64,000 bases of DNA from Desulfosudaceae bacterium (GTDB taxonomy: Bacteria > Desulfobacterota > Desulfobacteria > Desulfobacterales > Desulfosudaceae): contig CAXXDV010000001.1 of assembly GCA_963674745.2 (NCBI GenBank), positions 160,001 to 224,000 of the forward strand, in the 5' to 3' direction. This document shows, in pieces, positions 27,161 through 37,909 of this stretch. The notes beneath the pieces were generated by a model. It saw nothing but the letters and a program-made list of their open reading frames with translations. It had not been told where the DNA came from and ran no database searches. The stretch's first letter is position 1; the number at the start of each line of letters is the position of its first letter. A program made the translations under genes and the position numbers.

Positions 27161-28201
27161 CTAACACCTTAAAACCTCTAAAACCCTTTCCACCAGGAAA
27201 GCCGTCAAATCTCCCTTCTCCCCCACCATCCGCTTTGCCTTATTCCGCCAAACCTCCCGATCTTCAGGCGCCCTTAAAATCTCAACCCCTTTTTGAACCG
27301 ACCGTACCTGGTCTTCCTTAGAAGCAGTAAAATTAAAAACCAGCCCGTACTTTTTATCCTGCACCTCGGTATACCCCCTGCCCCGGTCATCGACAAAAAT
27401 TGCCGGTGTGCCCAGACACGCCGCCTCCGACGCCATGGTAGCACTTTCCCCGTACAATAAGTCCGCAAAAAACAGCACGTCATGAATTTTTTCCGGGGAA
27501 CCTGGCAAAAGATATTCCTTCAGATCGTCCGGCAGTTCATGCTCGGAAGAAATAAATACCTTCACGTATTTTGAGAATTCTTCTACAACTTTTCTTTTTA
27601 TATCCGTCGACAATCCCCGTCCACCGATATCATGAACAGACGTCCTGGAAACAAAACGAACAACTACGAACCGTTCACCGTCCTTTAACCCAAGAAACGC
27701 CAAAACCCCCGGATCAGGGGTGAAGTATTTGGGATGAAGATAGGCCAGCGTGTTGTAGCTATTATATCGGATCTGCTTTTTGCCCAACGTTCTTTTGTAG
27801 CATGTCGGCGTAAAAACTTGTGATGCAAAAGGAAACGTCAGAAAAGCATCATGCGCCACCGGTTCGGTGTCCGTGATCACAATCGCCGGAAAGCCCAGAA
27901 CCTTTCCCACCTGGGGCAGGTAAAAATCTCCCACGCCGATGGACACATCCGGCCTGATTTGCCTGCATAGCCTATACGTCCGCACCCATCTGCTGAAATA
28001 GTCGATTATCTTGTAACTGATCGTCTTCCGATGAGAAGAAATCCGGTGATAAGGGGTATTAAATTGATCCAGCAGAAAACAGACAAACTCTTTCTCTCTG
28101 GCAGCCACAAAAATTTCATGGCCCCGGCCTTTCATCTCATCAATGAAATGCTTAAAAAAATGAACATCCGCCGGATGCCCTATAGCCAGAAGTATCTTCA
28201 C
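27161..28201 (-). CDS. DUF354 family putative glycosyltransferase
   Basis: HPADVHFFK, LAYLHP.YFTPD, VVRFV..SVHD and GESATMASEAACLGTPAI motifs. Confidence 0.8.
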   Translation of the reverse strand: MKILLAIGHPADVHFFKHFIDEMKGRGHEIFVAAREKEFVCFLLDQFNTPYHRISSHRKTISYKIIDYFSRWVRTYRLCRQIRPDVSIGVGDFYLPQVGKVLGFPAIVITDTEPVAHDAFLTFPFASQVFTPTCYKRTLGKKQIRYNSYNTLAYLHPKYFTPDPGVLAFLGLKDGERFVVVRFVSRTSVHDIGGRGLSTDIKRKVVEEFSKYVKVFISSEHELPDDLKEYLLPGSPEKIHDVLFFADLLYGESATMASEAACLGTPAIFVDDRGRGYTEVQDKKYGLVFNFTASKEDQVRSVQKGVEILRAPEDREVWRNKAKRMVGEKGDLTAFLVERVLEVLRC

Positions 28202-28241
28202 CGCCTCCCTTCTTCACCTAAAACCTTAACACCATAAAACT

Positions 28242-29015
28242 TTAAAACCTTCGAATCTTAATCAACCCCTCTTTAATCACATTCTTTACATTCTGCCCGA
28301 TAAACTCTTTTATCCACCGTGCCCCCAAAGCATTCCATCTCTGGGGATGAACCGTAATCATCATTTGATCCGGCAAAGCGCCCTGCTTGGCCAGGTCCAT
28401 AATGTGGAAGGTGTTTCGAACCCCAATGTCAAACCCGGAATTTACCCTGTCACGTATGCTGGCGCCTATATTATTCCATTTTCGTCCCGTATCCGTTAGG
28501 TAAAACACTTTTGTATAATCAACATCCAGGTATGGCTCACCAATAATACCGAGTTCGCTGTAATCATACTTTTTCCATAAATCAAGATTGTTCATCCGTG
28601 ACAGCGGGCTACCGTGCATGCAGATAGTGGTCACAGGCGTTAGCTCCCGCAGCTTTACCAAGTTGGCCTGAAAATCAGCCCAAGCTCGGTCGAGATCGCC
28701 ATTGCAAACAGACAAATTCTCATAATGATAACCGATTTCGTGGCCCAGGCCAGCGATCTTCTGGATTACGGCCGGATCCCAACTTTCCGTAACGGCTCGG
28801 AAATAATAGGATGCCGGTATGCCCAAGTCATGCTCCAGCCGAGCGATTTTCAAAGCATTGCCAGGCACCCTATCCACGTCATGGCGCAGGATAATGACCT
28901 GATTTGCCGCAGTTCGCATATAATCTGTAAAAGATTGGAATGTAAAACCCTGTGCAATCAGAGTTAAGAGGAGACGATTAAAAGTATTAAGCGTAAAATC
29001 CATCTCATAAATCAT
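28242..29015 (-). CDS. Polysaccharide deacetylase-like protein
   Basis: [19 protein letters not shown] and HPQRW motifs. Confidence 0.7.
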   Translation of the reverse strand: MIYEMDFTLNTFNRLLLTLIAQGFTFQSFTDYMRTAANQVIILRHDVDRVPGNALKIARLEHDLGIPASYYFRAVTESWDPAVIQKIAGLGHEIGYHYENLSVCNGDLDRAWADFQANLVKLRELTPVTTICMHGSPLSRMNNLDLWKKYDYSELGIIGEPYLDVDYTKVFYLTDTGRKWNNIGASIRDRVNSGFDIGVRNTFHIMDLAKQGALPDQMMITVHPQRWNALGARWIKEFIGQNVKNVIKEGLIKIRRF

Positions 29016-29505
29016 CCCTACTCCCTATAATCTTTGCTGGCACTCCGGCAACAATCGAATATGCACGAACATTTTTTGTAACAACCGCACCAGCCCCAAC
29101 AACCGCACCTTCCGCTATATTAACACCTTTAAGAACAGTTACGTTTGCCCCTATCCATACATCATCACCTATGATAATCTTTTCATATTTGTGTGGTTGC
29201 TCATTTATTTTTTTCCCTACGTCCATACCATGATCTCTACCCCAAAAGACCGTCTGAGGTCCAATCAGCACATTATCACCAATGACAATTTCTCCAAGAA
29301 AATGACAACCAGCGTTCATATAAAAATCATGGCCAATTTCTATTATTGGATGGCCAATCATGCGGCACCGATCCTCAATAGTAGCTCTTCCTTTAAAAGT
29401 AACTCTATTGATATAGCACTGATTACCAATCTTCACATCCTTGGACAAGGCCATGATTCTGTATAACATCATGTAAAATGGCCCGAAAAATGACTTAATG
29501 ATCAT
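29005..29505 (-). CDS. Acyltransferase (left-handed beta-helix)
   Basis: Hexapeptide repeats [36 protein letters not shown]. Confidence 0.9.
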   Translation of the reverse strand: MIIKSFFGPFYMMLYRIMALSKDVKIGNQCYINRVTFKGRATIEDRCRMIGHPIIEIGHDFYMNAGCHFLGEIVIGDNVLIGPQTVFWGRDHGMDVGKKINEQPHKYEKIIIGDDVWIGANVTVLKGVNIAEGAVVGAGAVVTKNVRAYSIVAGVPAKIIGSRDDL

Positions 29506-30667
29506 ATAATTCTCGTTTTTTCCTACGTTTGTATTTCTTAATAATGTTTATAAAGCTAAATAAAAATGGCAACGGATCTTTGCGATCCCATAAGGCTAGT
29601 ACTGTTTTATCACACTGAAATAAATTTTTTTTAAAAATTCGGAAATACTCTTTTCTGGTTAATAAATTTATTAACTCATAAGTTAAAAATACGTAATGAG
29701 TTTCCGTAGCCTGGTTTTGTTTTAATCGTGGGATTATTCCTTTTGTAGCATCAAGATACTGGATGTAATTCAAAGGAACGTTTGATAACGCCCCCACACG
29801 ATGCCACATCATGGGCCTTAAATTTATTTCCATCAGTTTAAATTGTCCATCGCGATAATCAAACTTATACTCCGGCTCATTGATACCCCACAAATCCATT
29901 CCATTTAACAATCTCCTGCTTTGTTCTATTAAGCGTTTTGGCGCTTGGTTAGAAGCACTGGAGAAAACGCCAAAGTCATCAGGGAACTGGGACAGTTTTT
30001 TACCTATCCATTCGCCTAATATCTCCCCTGTTTTTGCACGGTAACCTGTATAGGCAAAAATATTCGAACCGTCACCAGGGATAACTTCTGATGCAACATA
30101 TGTAATACCTGTGGACATAAAAAATTTTAATTGTTCAAGATGGTCTTCAATATCTTCTTTCTTGTTTAACAATAGCGTCCTAAATACACGACTACTTAAA
30201 TTATCTCTTTTGGTGGGTTTGATTAAAATAGGCAATGTGAGTGAAAAAATCTTCCCTAGATCTTTTTCTTTGTTGACCCCTGTAAAATTCGGACATGGAA
30301 TATTAAGTGCTTTGCAATACTGATACTGATTCAATTTGTCTTGAAATAGAACAGCATTTTGGGGATTAAATGCGGTAAAACAAAAATCCTTAATTAAAGG
30401 ATACAAGTCACATAAATGCTCTACAAAAATATCCTGATTCGGATAGAGTATCAACATCTCGAAACTTCGATAGATTTTTTTTAAAACCCTAAGAATGCTG
30501 TCTTTATCGTTTTCAATGATATAAAATTCATTAATTTTATTGCTATAAGCAGAAATATCCTTTGTTACATCCAGAACATAAATGTCCCTGACGTTATTTT
30601 CATACAATTCTTGTATGATTGAATAGCCATTAACATAGGACCCTAATATTATGTTTGCAATTTTGAT
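29495..30667 (-). CDS. ATP-grasp carboxylate-amine ligase (D-aspartate ligase-like); start codon uncertain
   Basis: [35 protein letters not shown] motifs. The frame continues upstream of the TTG to an ATC at 30667 ([14 protein letters not shown]). Confidence 0.75.
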   Translation of the reverse strand: MKIANIILGSYVNGYSIIQELYENNVRDIYVLDVTKDISAYSNKINEFYIIENDKDSILRVLKKIYRSFEMLILYPNQDIFVEHLCDLYPLIKDFCFTAFNPQNAVLFQDKLNQYQYCKALNIPCPNFTGVNKEKDLGKIFSLTLPILIKPTKRDNLSSRVFRTLLLNKKEDIEDHLEQLKFFMSTGITYVASEVIPGDGSNIFAYTGYRAKTGEILGEWIGKKLSQFPDDFGVFSSASNQAPKRLIEQSRRLLNGMDLWGINEPEYKFDYRDGQFKLMEINLRPMMWHRVGALSNVPLNYIQYLDATKGIIPRLKQNQATETHYVFLTYELINLLTRKEYFRIFKKNLFQCDKTVLALWDRKDPLPFLFSFINIIKKYKRRKKRELYDH

Positions 30668-30681
30668 AAATAAAAACCTTT

Positions 30682-31842
30682 TTAGGAATGTTTCTTCAGG
30701 GCTTCACGTTCCGATTTTTTATTTAGAAAAAATTTTATTGTTCTTTCGATGCCCCACCGGATCCCATTCTGCCTAGTCAGAAAACAAAAAGCATAAGTAT
30801 ATCTGCAAATATTATTTACAATAATATTAATCTTTGACAACGTAAAATATAGCGGTCTTGGAAGCTTGAAAAAAAGGCTATAAAATTTAACCATCGATAA
30901 AACTAAATCTTTCTTATAGCCAAAAAATTCTTTAACAATTGGATCATTAGGCAGTTGATACATTGGGACATGCTCAACAGTTAAGGCATGTGTATCTATA
31001 ATGACCATCAGGGATAACCTGTTCTTCAAACGCCATTTTTTATAGGTCGGTTTTCCAACAAAGTGATAATCCTTTGTTGTCATTATCTTTCTTGGTACTA
31101 CATGCGGATAAGAAATATGGGTAGGCGGCTCAATATAAAAATTGGGGAAAAGAAAATTTCCAAGGCACATGTATGCCTTTTTTTGATTAAATTCAACTAT
31201 TCCCTGAATACGATGTGCATGCATTCCAACAATACAAAGAACCTTTTTATGAGCAAGTATTTTTTGAGCAAGCATAATCAATTCATAATCAGGCAGGGCT
31301 ACATGTTCTCGCCCCCAATGAAAATGCAGAATGGCTTTAGTGCCATCTGGCAGGCCATCGAGATCACAGATAATCTTTTCAAAGGATAATGGGTTAACAC
31401 CAGGGTTATCGATCGTTGCTGGTTGCACTTTTTTTAAATATGATTTCCCGAACTCACAGTAACCAAGTACACATGTTTTATTATCTATCCAAAAAGGGGT
31501 ACCTGCTTTCGCTGAATTCTCTCCAGCCCCAAAATATTGTATATTGTAATTTTTCAGCGATTGAAAAGTATCAAATATGCCAACATCACACTTATCCTGA
31601 ATATGATTGTTGGATAACGCCACCGTATCCAGTCTGAACAGTTTAGCAAACGCCAGGTTTATCGGAGAAGAAAATAAAGTGTATTTATTTTCCAATCTAC
31701 CGGAATATTCTGTAACAGGTTGTTCTAAATTGGCGATACGCATATCTGCGACATCGAAGGAGTAGGAATCAATAAAGTTGTGGCATTCGGCCCCAACGAT
31801 ATCGCCTCCTAAAAACAAATCTCCCGTAAAGCACACTTTCAT
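30682..31842 (-). CDS. CapA family metallophosphoesterase (PGA_cap)
   Basis: FTGDLF, NLE, LSNNHIQD, HWGRE, GMHAH and LGNFLF motifs. Confidence 0.85.
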   Translation of the reverse strand: MKVCFTGDLFLGGDIVGAECHNFIDSYSFDVADMRIANLEQPVTEYSGRLENKYTLFSSPINLAFAKLFRLDTVALSNNHIQDKCDVGIFDTFQSLKNYNIQYFGAGENSAKAGTPFWIDNKTCVLGYCEFGKSYLKKVQPATIDNPGVNPLSFEKIICDLDGLPDGTKAILHFHWGREHVALPDYELIMLAQKILAHKKVLCIVGMHAHRIQGIVEFNQKKAYMCLGNFLFPNFYIEPPTHISYPHVVPRKIMTTKDYHFVGKPTYKKWRLKNRLSLMVIIDTHALTVEHVPMYQLPNDPIVKEFFGYKKDLVLSMVKFYSLFFKLPRPLYFTLSKINIIVNNICRYTYAFCFLTRQNGIRWGIERTIKFFLNKKSEREALKKHS

Positions 31843-31855
31843 GAAATCTCGAGAT

Positions 31856-32965
31856 TCATATGTTAACTTTTAAAACTCTTTGATAAACAATATAATAATT
31901 TCTAGCGATTTTATCCCAGTTGTGTTCAGATAAAATCTTTCCATAAGCTCTCTCTGCCTTTTCTTTCATAAGGACATCATTCGCAATCGCCTGTTGTAAT
32001 TTATTCCTTAAGTCCTTATAATCCCCATTTTTAAAAAAAAACATCTCATCATCATCAAACACATCTTTGTTTTGTGGAATATCACTCGCTATCACTGGTA
32101 TATTAAGAGATGCGACCTCCAATAACATATTTGACATCCCTTCAGAATAAGAAGGGAATACAAAAATTTTCGATTGATTGATCTTTTTGAAAAGCTCACG
32201 TTTATTTTTTAAAAGCCCCGTAAAAATACAATTTAACCCCTTTGATAACATTAGAATTTCTTTTTTATAGGACTTGTCTTGTTCAAAATCACCAACAATT
32301 AAAACTTTACCTTTAAAATTAAGCTCATTTAACGCCGAAAGAAGTAGATGCAAGCCTTTAAGGTAAAATATTCGGGCAGCAGAAAAGGCAATTTCATACT
32401 CCTTTTCAAAATTATCTTGATTACAATTCAAATTATCATCCACTCCATTTGGAATAAATTTTACATTTGAGGGATTAAATTTTTCAATTCTCGGGACACT
32501 ATTTTTCTCAACAGTTATTATTTGAGTAGCAAATATAAACCCGATTATTTGAAACAAGTCAAAAAGTCTTCTTTCATACCAAAACCATTTTTTATTGTGA
32601 CCAGACCCATTGGGCAAACCATGAACGTTCAACACAACCGGATAACGAAGTCGAAGAAAAGGCACAACAAATCCAGCTGCACGATGATTAACATGAATCA
32701 AATCATAATGACCTTTAACCAAAGCATGGATCAACGATTTGATATAATATATGAGGACTGAAATTTTAGTATTATTATACGATTTGAAAATTATTTGTTT
32801 GATCCCTAAATATTTTTCATCTTTTGCATGAGAATCAATCGCGTAAATAGTTACATCAAATTGATCAACTAGTCTCATAAAAACCGCTTCATTCGTGCGG
32901 GCAGCCCCTCCCCAAGCTGGGAGGCCCTTCGCCCCGATTACCCCTATCTTGGGTTTTATTTTCAT
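31856..32965 (-). CDS. Glycosyltransferase family 4
   Basis: IPNGVD, KGL..LL and VFPSYSEGMSNMLLEVA motifs. Confidence 0.88.
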   Translation of the reverse strand: MKIKPKIGVIGAKGLPAWGGAARTNEAVFMRLVDQFDVTIYAIDSHAKDEKYLGIKQIIFKSYNNTKISVLIYYIKSLIHALVKGHYDLIHVNHRAAGFVVPFLRLRYPVVLNVHGLPNGSGHNKKWFWYERRLFDLFQIIGFIFATQIITVEKNSVPRIEKFNPSNVKFIPNGVDDNLNCNQDNFEKEYEIAFSAARIFYLKGLHLLLSALNELNFKGKVLIVGDFEQDKSYKKEILMLSKGLNCIFTGLLKNKRELFKKINQSKIFVFPSYSEGMSNMLLEVASLNIPVIASDIPQNKDVFDDDEMFFFKNGDYKDLRNKLQQAIANDVLMKEKAERAYGKILSEHNWDKIARNYYIVYQRVLKVNI

Positions 32966-32975
32966 TGAGTAGGTC

Positions 32976-34058
32976 CTAGGAGTTACTTTGATTTCTTTGG
33001 TAAATTGAATCTGTCATCCGCCATATTTTTTTCCAGTCAAAATTTTCAACCGAGTGTTTTCTGTTTATCCCCGACTTGGCAACAGCTGATTTCTGCAATA
33101 GCGACCTTAACTCATCAAGAAAGATGTTGTCACTTACTTCCTTAAAGCATTCATCTTCCGCTATACCCATTTGGCTATAATCAAAAGAGAAATCGTTGGG
33201 TGTTGATATTAGTATTCTACAATCCATTGCTAACGCCTCAAGAATTGAATTGTTGGCCGTGGCAAAGTCCATAGGCCTTATAAATAAGCAACAATTCATA
33301 TATAAAGATTTTAGCTCATCGTCCGAAATATTTTGCAGCACTCTTAAATTATCAAATCTACAGTTGAAGCCCTTTAGACCGACTACAATAAAATTTGTAT
33401 CACTATTATCTTCTATTGCCTCATATAGTAACTTCTTATTAACGCCGTGATTGCCAACGCAAAGAACGAAACTGCTCTGATAATGCTGCACGTTATACTT
33501 AAAATTGATCATATTGTCAGGTGACCAATATTCCGTGTTGACACCATGAGGCACAAATTCATATTTGGATGACCGCTCATTCTTTGGTATCAAGTTTCTT
33601 GCGACAACAAATACCTTCCGACTGTGCTTTATTACTCGCTTTTCGATACATATATATTTCAAATACAAGAAAACCAAATAAATGAGTTTGACATTTTTAA
33701 CTACAAATGGGGACACATGAATAGTTGAATAGAAATTCGGATGTGATTGAAAGAATCCACAGTCACTATAGAGCGCATGTACTATTTGAAATTGATTTTC
33801 GATTTTTTTTGCATACAAGGAAATGGCTAGTCGTTTTGAAAAAAGAAAATCTCTTCTCATCAGTGGTTTAACATAATGCACATTAACACCGTTTTCACAT
33901 GACACCTTATTTTCCCGACCCCAGGTTACAACAGTGCAATCGTAGGTATCCTGCGCAAAATAAACCAACGCTTGATATCCAGAATATTTCGAATGATGCG
34001 AGTTTTCTTTCCAGTGATGCGTTAAGAATAATATTTTTTTCATGTTCAACTCATTCAT
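32976..34058 (-). CDS. Glycosyltransferase family 4-like
   Basis: VPHGVN, ATANNSILEALAM and FDW motifs. Confidence 0.8.
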   Translation of the reverse strand: MNELNMKKILFLTHHWKENSHHSKYSGYQALVYFAQDTYDCTVVTWGRENKVSCENGVNVHYVKPLMRRDFLFSKRLAISLYAKKIENQFQIVHALYSDCGFFQSHPNFYSTIHVSPFVVKNVKLIYLVFLYLKYICIEKRVIKHSRKVFVVARNLIPKNERSSKYEFVPHGVNTEYWSPDNMINFKYNVQHYQSSFVLCVGNHGVNKKLLYEAIEDNSDTNFIVVGLKGFNCRFDNLRVLQNISDDELKSLYMNCCLFIRPMDFATANNSILEALAMDCRILISTPNDFSFDYSQMGIAEDECFKEVSDNIFLDELRSLLQKSAVAKSGINRKHSVENFDWKKIWRMTDSIYQRNQSNS

Positions 34059-34116
34059 TCAGGTTCTGCCCGATTTCAAAATCACCCCGGTGGATAACGT
34101 TCTTTTCACAACGTCT

Positions 34117-35376
34117 TCAGACCTGGGCATGATTCTTCTCTAATTGAGAAACAAACACCTTTCGCAAACTTTCACTCACATACTCGACTGTATGCCGCGA
34201 TAAAAATACCTGCCTGGCTTGTTGGTGATAATACGTTCTGAGCTCATTATCACAGCACAAATCCCCAATGGCCCTAGTCAGTTTCTCAACGCTGCATTCG
34301 GTTACAACATGCGCCCAATTATCTCTACGGGCGTATCGCGTCAAGGCGAAGTCTTCCGGTGCTAAAACTAAAATGGGAACGCCCGATGCCATATATTCCG
34401 AGGTTTTTGTCGGCATGGAATACTTGATATAATTCTTTTGAGAATCGTCAAATGACAACGGGAGCAGCAGGATGTCACTGTTAAGCAGTTCACCGAGAAT
34501 CTCTTTATTGTTCATGGGGTCGCATAATACGATTGAACCCATATGTTTTATCTTTTCATGTATATACACTTTTCTGATGTAACCAATAAATTTCAACTTC
34601 ACTAAAATCCCGCGGTCTTTTCTCAAGCGCTCCAATGCCAACGAAATTTTTTCAAAAATGTCATAATTATGCTCACCGATTGTACCCACAAAGGTAATGG
34701 TATGAAAACCGTTTGTTGTCTGTCTCTCTTTTATTTCGTAAAAATCCTCAGCGGGATTATGAAAAACATAAAAATGTTTTTCAAATTTTCCCTGATAGTA
34801 ATCCTTCATTTCCTGACTGATGGCCAAACAAATATCCGAATCATTTATCGCCTTTTTAAAATCTTTCGATAAAAAAGGCGCAAAAATATTTTTAAAATAC
34901 CCAGACCGGTTGTGTTCAACCCAATTATCAAAAATATGCGTGGCTATCGGTAAATTGACCTTTTTCTTTAACTCCAGCAAAAATGGTATATCGCGTGCCT
35001 CGAACAGGACAAAATAAATTAAGTCAAATGCATTTGATCGGATCCAGTCAGAAAATTGCTGATCCACGCATTTTCTATTAATGACATGTTTTAACTCTAA
35101 ATGTTTTTTTAACCCTATCGTCAATTTCTTTGTAAAATTATTTTTGCGGGCATTGATATCGACTATTTGCGTCTTTTCATTCTTTTGCGATTGATCGCTT
35201 GGTGCCCCTTTGCCAATTTGAAAATATGTATCGCAGGATTGAGTTCTTATAATCTCGGTATGCGCATTGCCCAGTTTTTCTTTAGGCCAAGTCCGAAATA
35301 AATTTTGTATCGTAATGCCACTTCCAAGAGAATCAAAGGAACAGTTCAATATCAAAACTTTGGGATACTTATCCAT
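34117..35376 (-). CDS. Glycosyltransferase family 4-like
   Basis: SDILLLP..KYSMPTKTSEYMASGVPIL motif. Confidence 0.8.
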   Translation of the reverse strand: MDKYPKVLILNCSFDSLGSGITIQNLFRTWPKEKLGNAHTEIIRTQSCDTYFQIGKGAPSDQSQKNEKTQIVDINARKNNFTKKLTIGLKKHLELKHVINRKCVDQQFSDWIRSNAFDLIYFVLFEARDIPFLLELKKKVNLPIATHIFDNWVEHNRSGYFKNIFAPFLSKDFKKAINDSDICLAISQEMKDYYQGKFEKHFYVFHNPAEDFYEIKERQTTNGFHTITFVGTIGEHNYDIFEKISLALERLRKDRGILVKLKFIGYIRKVYIHEKIKHMGSIVLCDPMNNKEILGELLNSDILLLPLSFDDSQKNYIKYSMPTKTSEYMASGVPILVLAPEDFALTRYARRDNWAHVVTECSVEKLTRAIGDLCCDNELRTYYHQQARQVFLSRHTVEYVSESLRKVFVSQLEKNHAQV

Positions 35377-35398
35377 AACAGAATCAATTTGTCGATGT

Positions 35399-36256
35399 TT
35401 ACAACAACCGGTTTACTTTACGATGCATTTCCAACAAATTTTTAAAAATGAAATTTTCGACATGATAGTTTGGTAAATCTACATTATATTGCGAAATCTG
35501 TTTTTTGAAACCCTTGAGGCAATAATCATAAAGTTTAATATCGGCCTGGTTATATTTAATAATACACTCTTTCTCTTTGTCAGATATCAGGTGGTAATCA
35601 TTTTCTTTTTTTTGTATATTTTGATTCATTTTATAGTAATAATAGTTCCCATGACCGCCAAGTAATTTACTCAATAAGAATATTGTTTCGTCGAAAGCTT
35701 CCGTAATACCGACCATTAAAAAATTTTTTTTAATATTTTCAATTGCCATCTCATATAACAACTCTTGATCATCGCATTTTTTAATATCTTTCCCATACCC
35801 GAAGTTATCATTCACATAAACACCTGCGATTTGTTTTGCTGCCCCATTCCGAGCTTCCGGACTGACCCTTGTGACATATTCCTCAAGCGATATCGATTTG
35901 CTTTGCCGTTCTTTAAACAAATAATGATTTTTTTTCCAAGCAGAATATTTATAATGTGACACCACTCTTTGCACAGGGTCTCTTAGAACCGTAAAATATT
36001 TTGGATCATTGATATCAAACCAGTCATGAAAGCCATAGACGAAATGCCCTCGAATTAATCCAATGTTCCTCTTCCAGTGAATAGGCATTTTCTTTATTCG
36101 TTCCATGCATGTTTCTGGCGTTAACGTTGAATAATAATACTGTTTTGATCTTCTGAAATTTCTATCTAGAATATGATTCAGCGTTGTCCCACCCGCTTTG
36201 GGAACGTGCAAATAGATCCAATTCTTCCGGTTGGTTGCTCTTGGTTCTTTTTTCAT
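35399..36256 (-). CDS. Sulfotransferase family protein
   Basis: PAPS-binding motifs LHVPKAGGTT and LRDPVQRVVSHY; N.ADIKLY. Confidence 0.85.
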   Translation of the reverse strand: MKKEPRATNRKNWIYLHVPKAGGTTLNHILDRNFRRSKQYYYSTLTPETCMERIKKMPIHWKRNIGLIRGHFVYGFHDWFDINDPKYFTVLRDPVQRVVSHYKYSAWKKNHYLFKERQSKSISLEEYVTRVSPEARNGAAKQIAGVYVNDNFGYGKDIKKCDDQELLYEMAIENIKKNFLMVGITEAFDETIFLLSKLLGGHGNYYYYKMNQNIQKKENDYHLISDKEKECIIKYNQADIKLYDYCLKGFKKQISQYNVDLPNYHVENFIFKNLLEMHRKVNRLL

Positions 36257-36284
36257 TTCAATAAAACCGTCATCACCCGGCTAT

Positions 36285-36704
36285 TTATATGACCCAATAA
36301 TCTCCATCAAACCGATAATCATCTTTCGACGCATCTTGAATTTTACCGGAAGAAAATACGCCCAAAAGTGCGTCTTCCGTAAGCATGAAACTCGCATTGG
36401 CATACCCGGGAGGGATATGTAAGACAGACGGTTTTAAACTGGAAAGGACGAATTTTTGGATCGGCAGATCTCTTGATGGATGATCCCAATCGTCAGGCGC
36501 CACCGCATATAATACCCAGTTACCTTCTAAGGCAATGAACCATTTATGTTCCAGCCGATGACCGACCCATCCTCTCAAAACACCTTTCTTATGTGATGTG
36601 ATTGTGTAAAATCGGTTCACGCCAGTAAATCCAAAATCATTAACAAATGAAATAACGCCTCTTTCATCGACATGCAGCCCGCCCAAAATATGCTCTATTT
36701 CCAT
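36285..36704 (-). CDS. Cupin (WxcM/RmlC-like) sugar epimerase/isomerase
   Basis: DERG, RFY, RGWVGH..EHKWF and LHIPPGYAN motifs. Confidence 0.8.
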   Translation of the reverse strand: MEIEHILGGLHVDERGVISFVNDFGFTGVNRFYTITSHKKGVLRGWVGHRLEHKWFIALEGNWVLYAVAPDDWDHPSRDLPIQKFVLSSLKPSVLHIPPGYANASFMLTEDALLGVFSSGKIQDASKDDYRFDGDYWVI

Positions 36705-36705
36705 C

Positions 36706-37845
36706 TTATTCTTTCCTGTGCCAGACATAACGATTGATATAATTCGTATAACTGAGAATAATCCGCAATACCTTATCTGACACATTAGGGGCTAAATAAT
36801 CAGCCACTGCATTTAACGACCTATTGTCTCCCCTAGGCTGTGTTTTCAGGATTTCAAGGCCCTGCAGCACTCTGCCCACTATCAGACCGGTCAGCATTAC
36901 TGATGCTTCCTCCATGGCTTCCGGCCGCTCATGGGCATTGCGAATATTTAATGCCGGAAAATTTAATATTGAGCTCTCCTCGCTGATCGTTCCGGAGTCG
37001 GACAGGGTTGCGCGGGCTTTGGTTTGCAAATGCACATAATCAAAAAATCCCAACGGCTTCATGAACTCCACCAGCCCATTAATTGTGCCGCCTACCTCAT
37101 CAATCCGCTTTCTTGTACGGGGGTGCGTAGAAACAATGATCCTTAATCCAAATTGACGGGTAATAACATTAAGGCAATCTACCAGGTTGCTAAACTGAGT
37201 TGGATCATCAACATTCTCTTCCCGGTGAGCGCTGACCAGAAAGAATTGATCTGGTTTCAGCCCCAACCGAGCAAGGACATCCGAATCGTCGATCCGGTCC
37301 CGGTAATAAGAGAGGACTTCAAACATGGGGCTGCCTGTCTTGATAATTCTATCTGGAGGAAAGCCTTCGCGCAAAAGGTATTCCCGGGCGATTGAACTGT
37401 AAGGCAAATTAACATCACTTATATGGTCGATGATTTTCCGATTGATCTCCTCGGGAACGCGCTGATCGAAACACCGATTTCCAGCCTCCATGTGAAACAC
37501 GGGGATTTTGCGACGTTTTGCCGGATAAGCGGCCAGGCAAGAATTGGTGTCTCCTAAAACCAGGACAGCATCCGGACACACCTCGGCCAAAACATCATCA
37601 ATTTTAGCGATGACTGCGCCGACGGTCTGACAAGCGGTATTATCTTGCCCTGCACTGTCCAGAAAATAGTCGGGCTTGCGGATTCCTAAATCGTCGAAAA
37701 AAACCTGGTTCAGCTCATAATCATAGTTCTGGCCCGTGTGGACGATAATGTGTTCAAGATGTTCATCCAGCCGGGCCATAACACGGGACAAACGGATAAT
37801 CTCGGGACGAGTGCCGATTACAGTGAGGACTTTAAGGGTATTCAT
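36706..37845 (-). CDS. fnlC: UDP-2-acetamido-2,6-dideoxy-L-talose 2-epimerase (FnlC/Cap5G/WbjD)
   Basis: GTRPEIIRLS, HTGQNYDYELN, HMEAGNRCFDQRVPEEINR and SDSGTISEE motifs; third gene of the fnl triad. Confidence 0.88.
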   Translation of the reverse strand: MNTLKVLTVIGTRPEIIRLSRVMARLDEHLEHIIVHTGQNYDYELNQVFFDDLGIRKPDYFLDSAGQDNTACQTVGAVIAKIDDVLAEVCPDAVLVLGDTNSCLAAYPAKRRKIPVFHMEAGNRCFDQRVPEEINRKIIDHISDVNLPYSSIAREYLLREGFPPDRIIKTGSPMFEVLSYYRDRIDDSDVLARLGLKPDQFFLVSAHREENVDDPTQFSNLVDCLNVITRQFGLRIIVSTHPRTRKRIDEVGGTINGLVEFMKPLGFFDYVHLQTKARATLSDSGTISEESSILNFPALNIRNAHERPEAMEEASVMLTGLIVGRVLQGLEILKTQPRGDNRSLNAVADYLAPNVSDKVLRIILSYTNYINRYVWHRKE

Positions 37846-37909
37846 GAGTTGCCTTTCGTAATTTCACCACAATGAACAGGAAGGAAGCGCAAAAGGGAGA
37901 CGATCTCTT

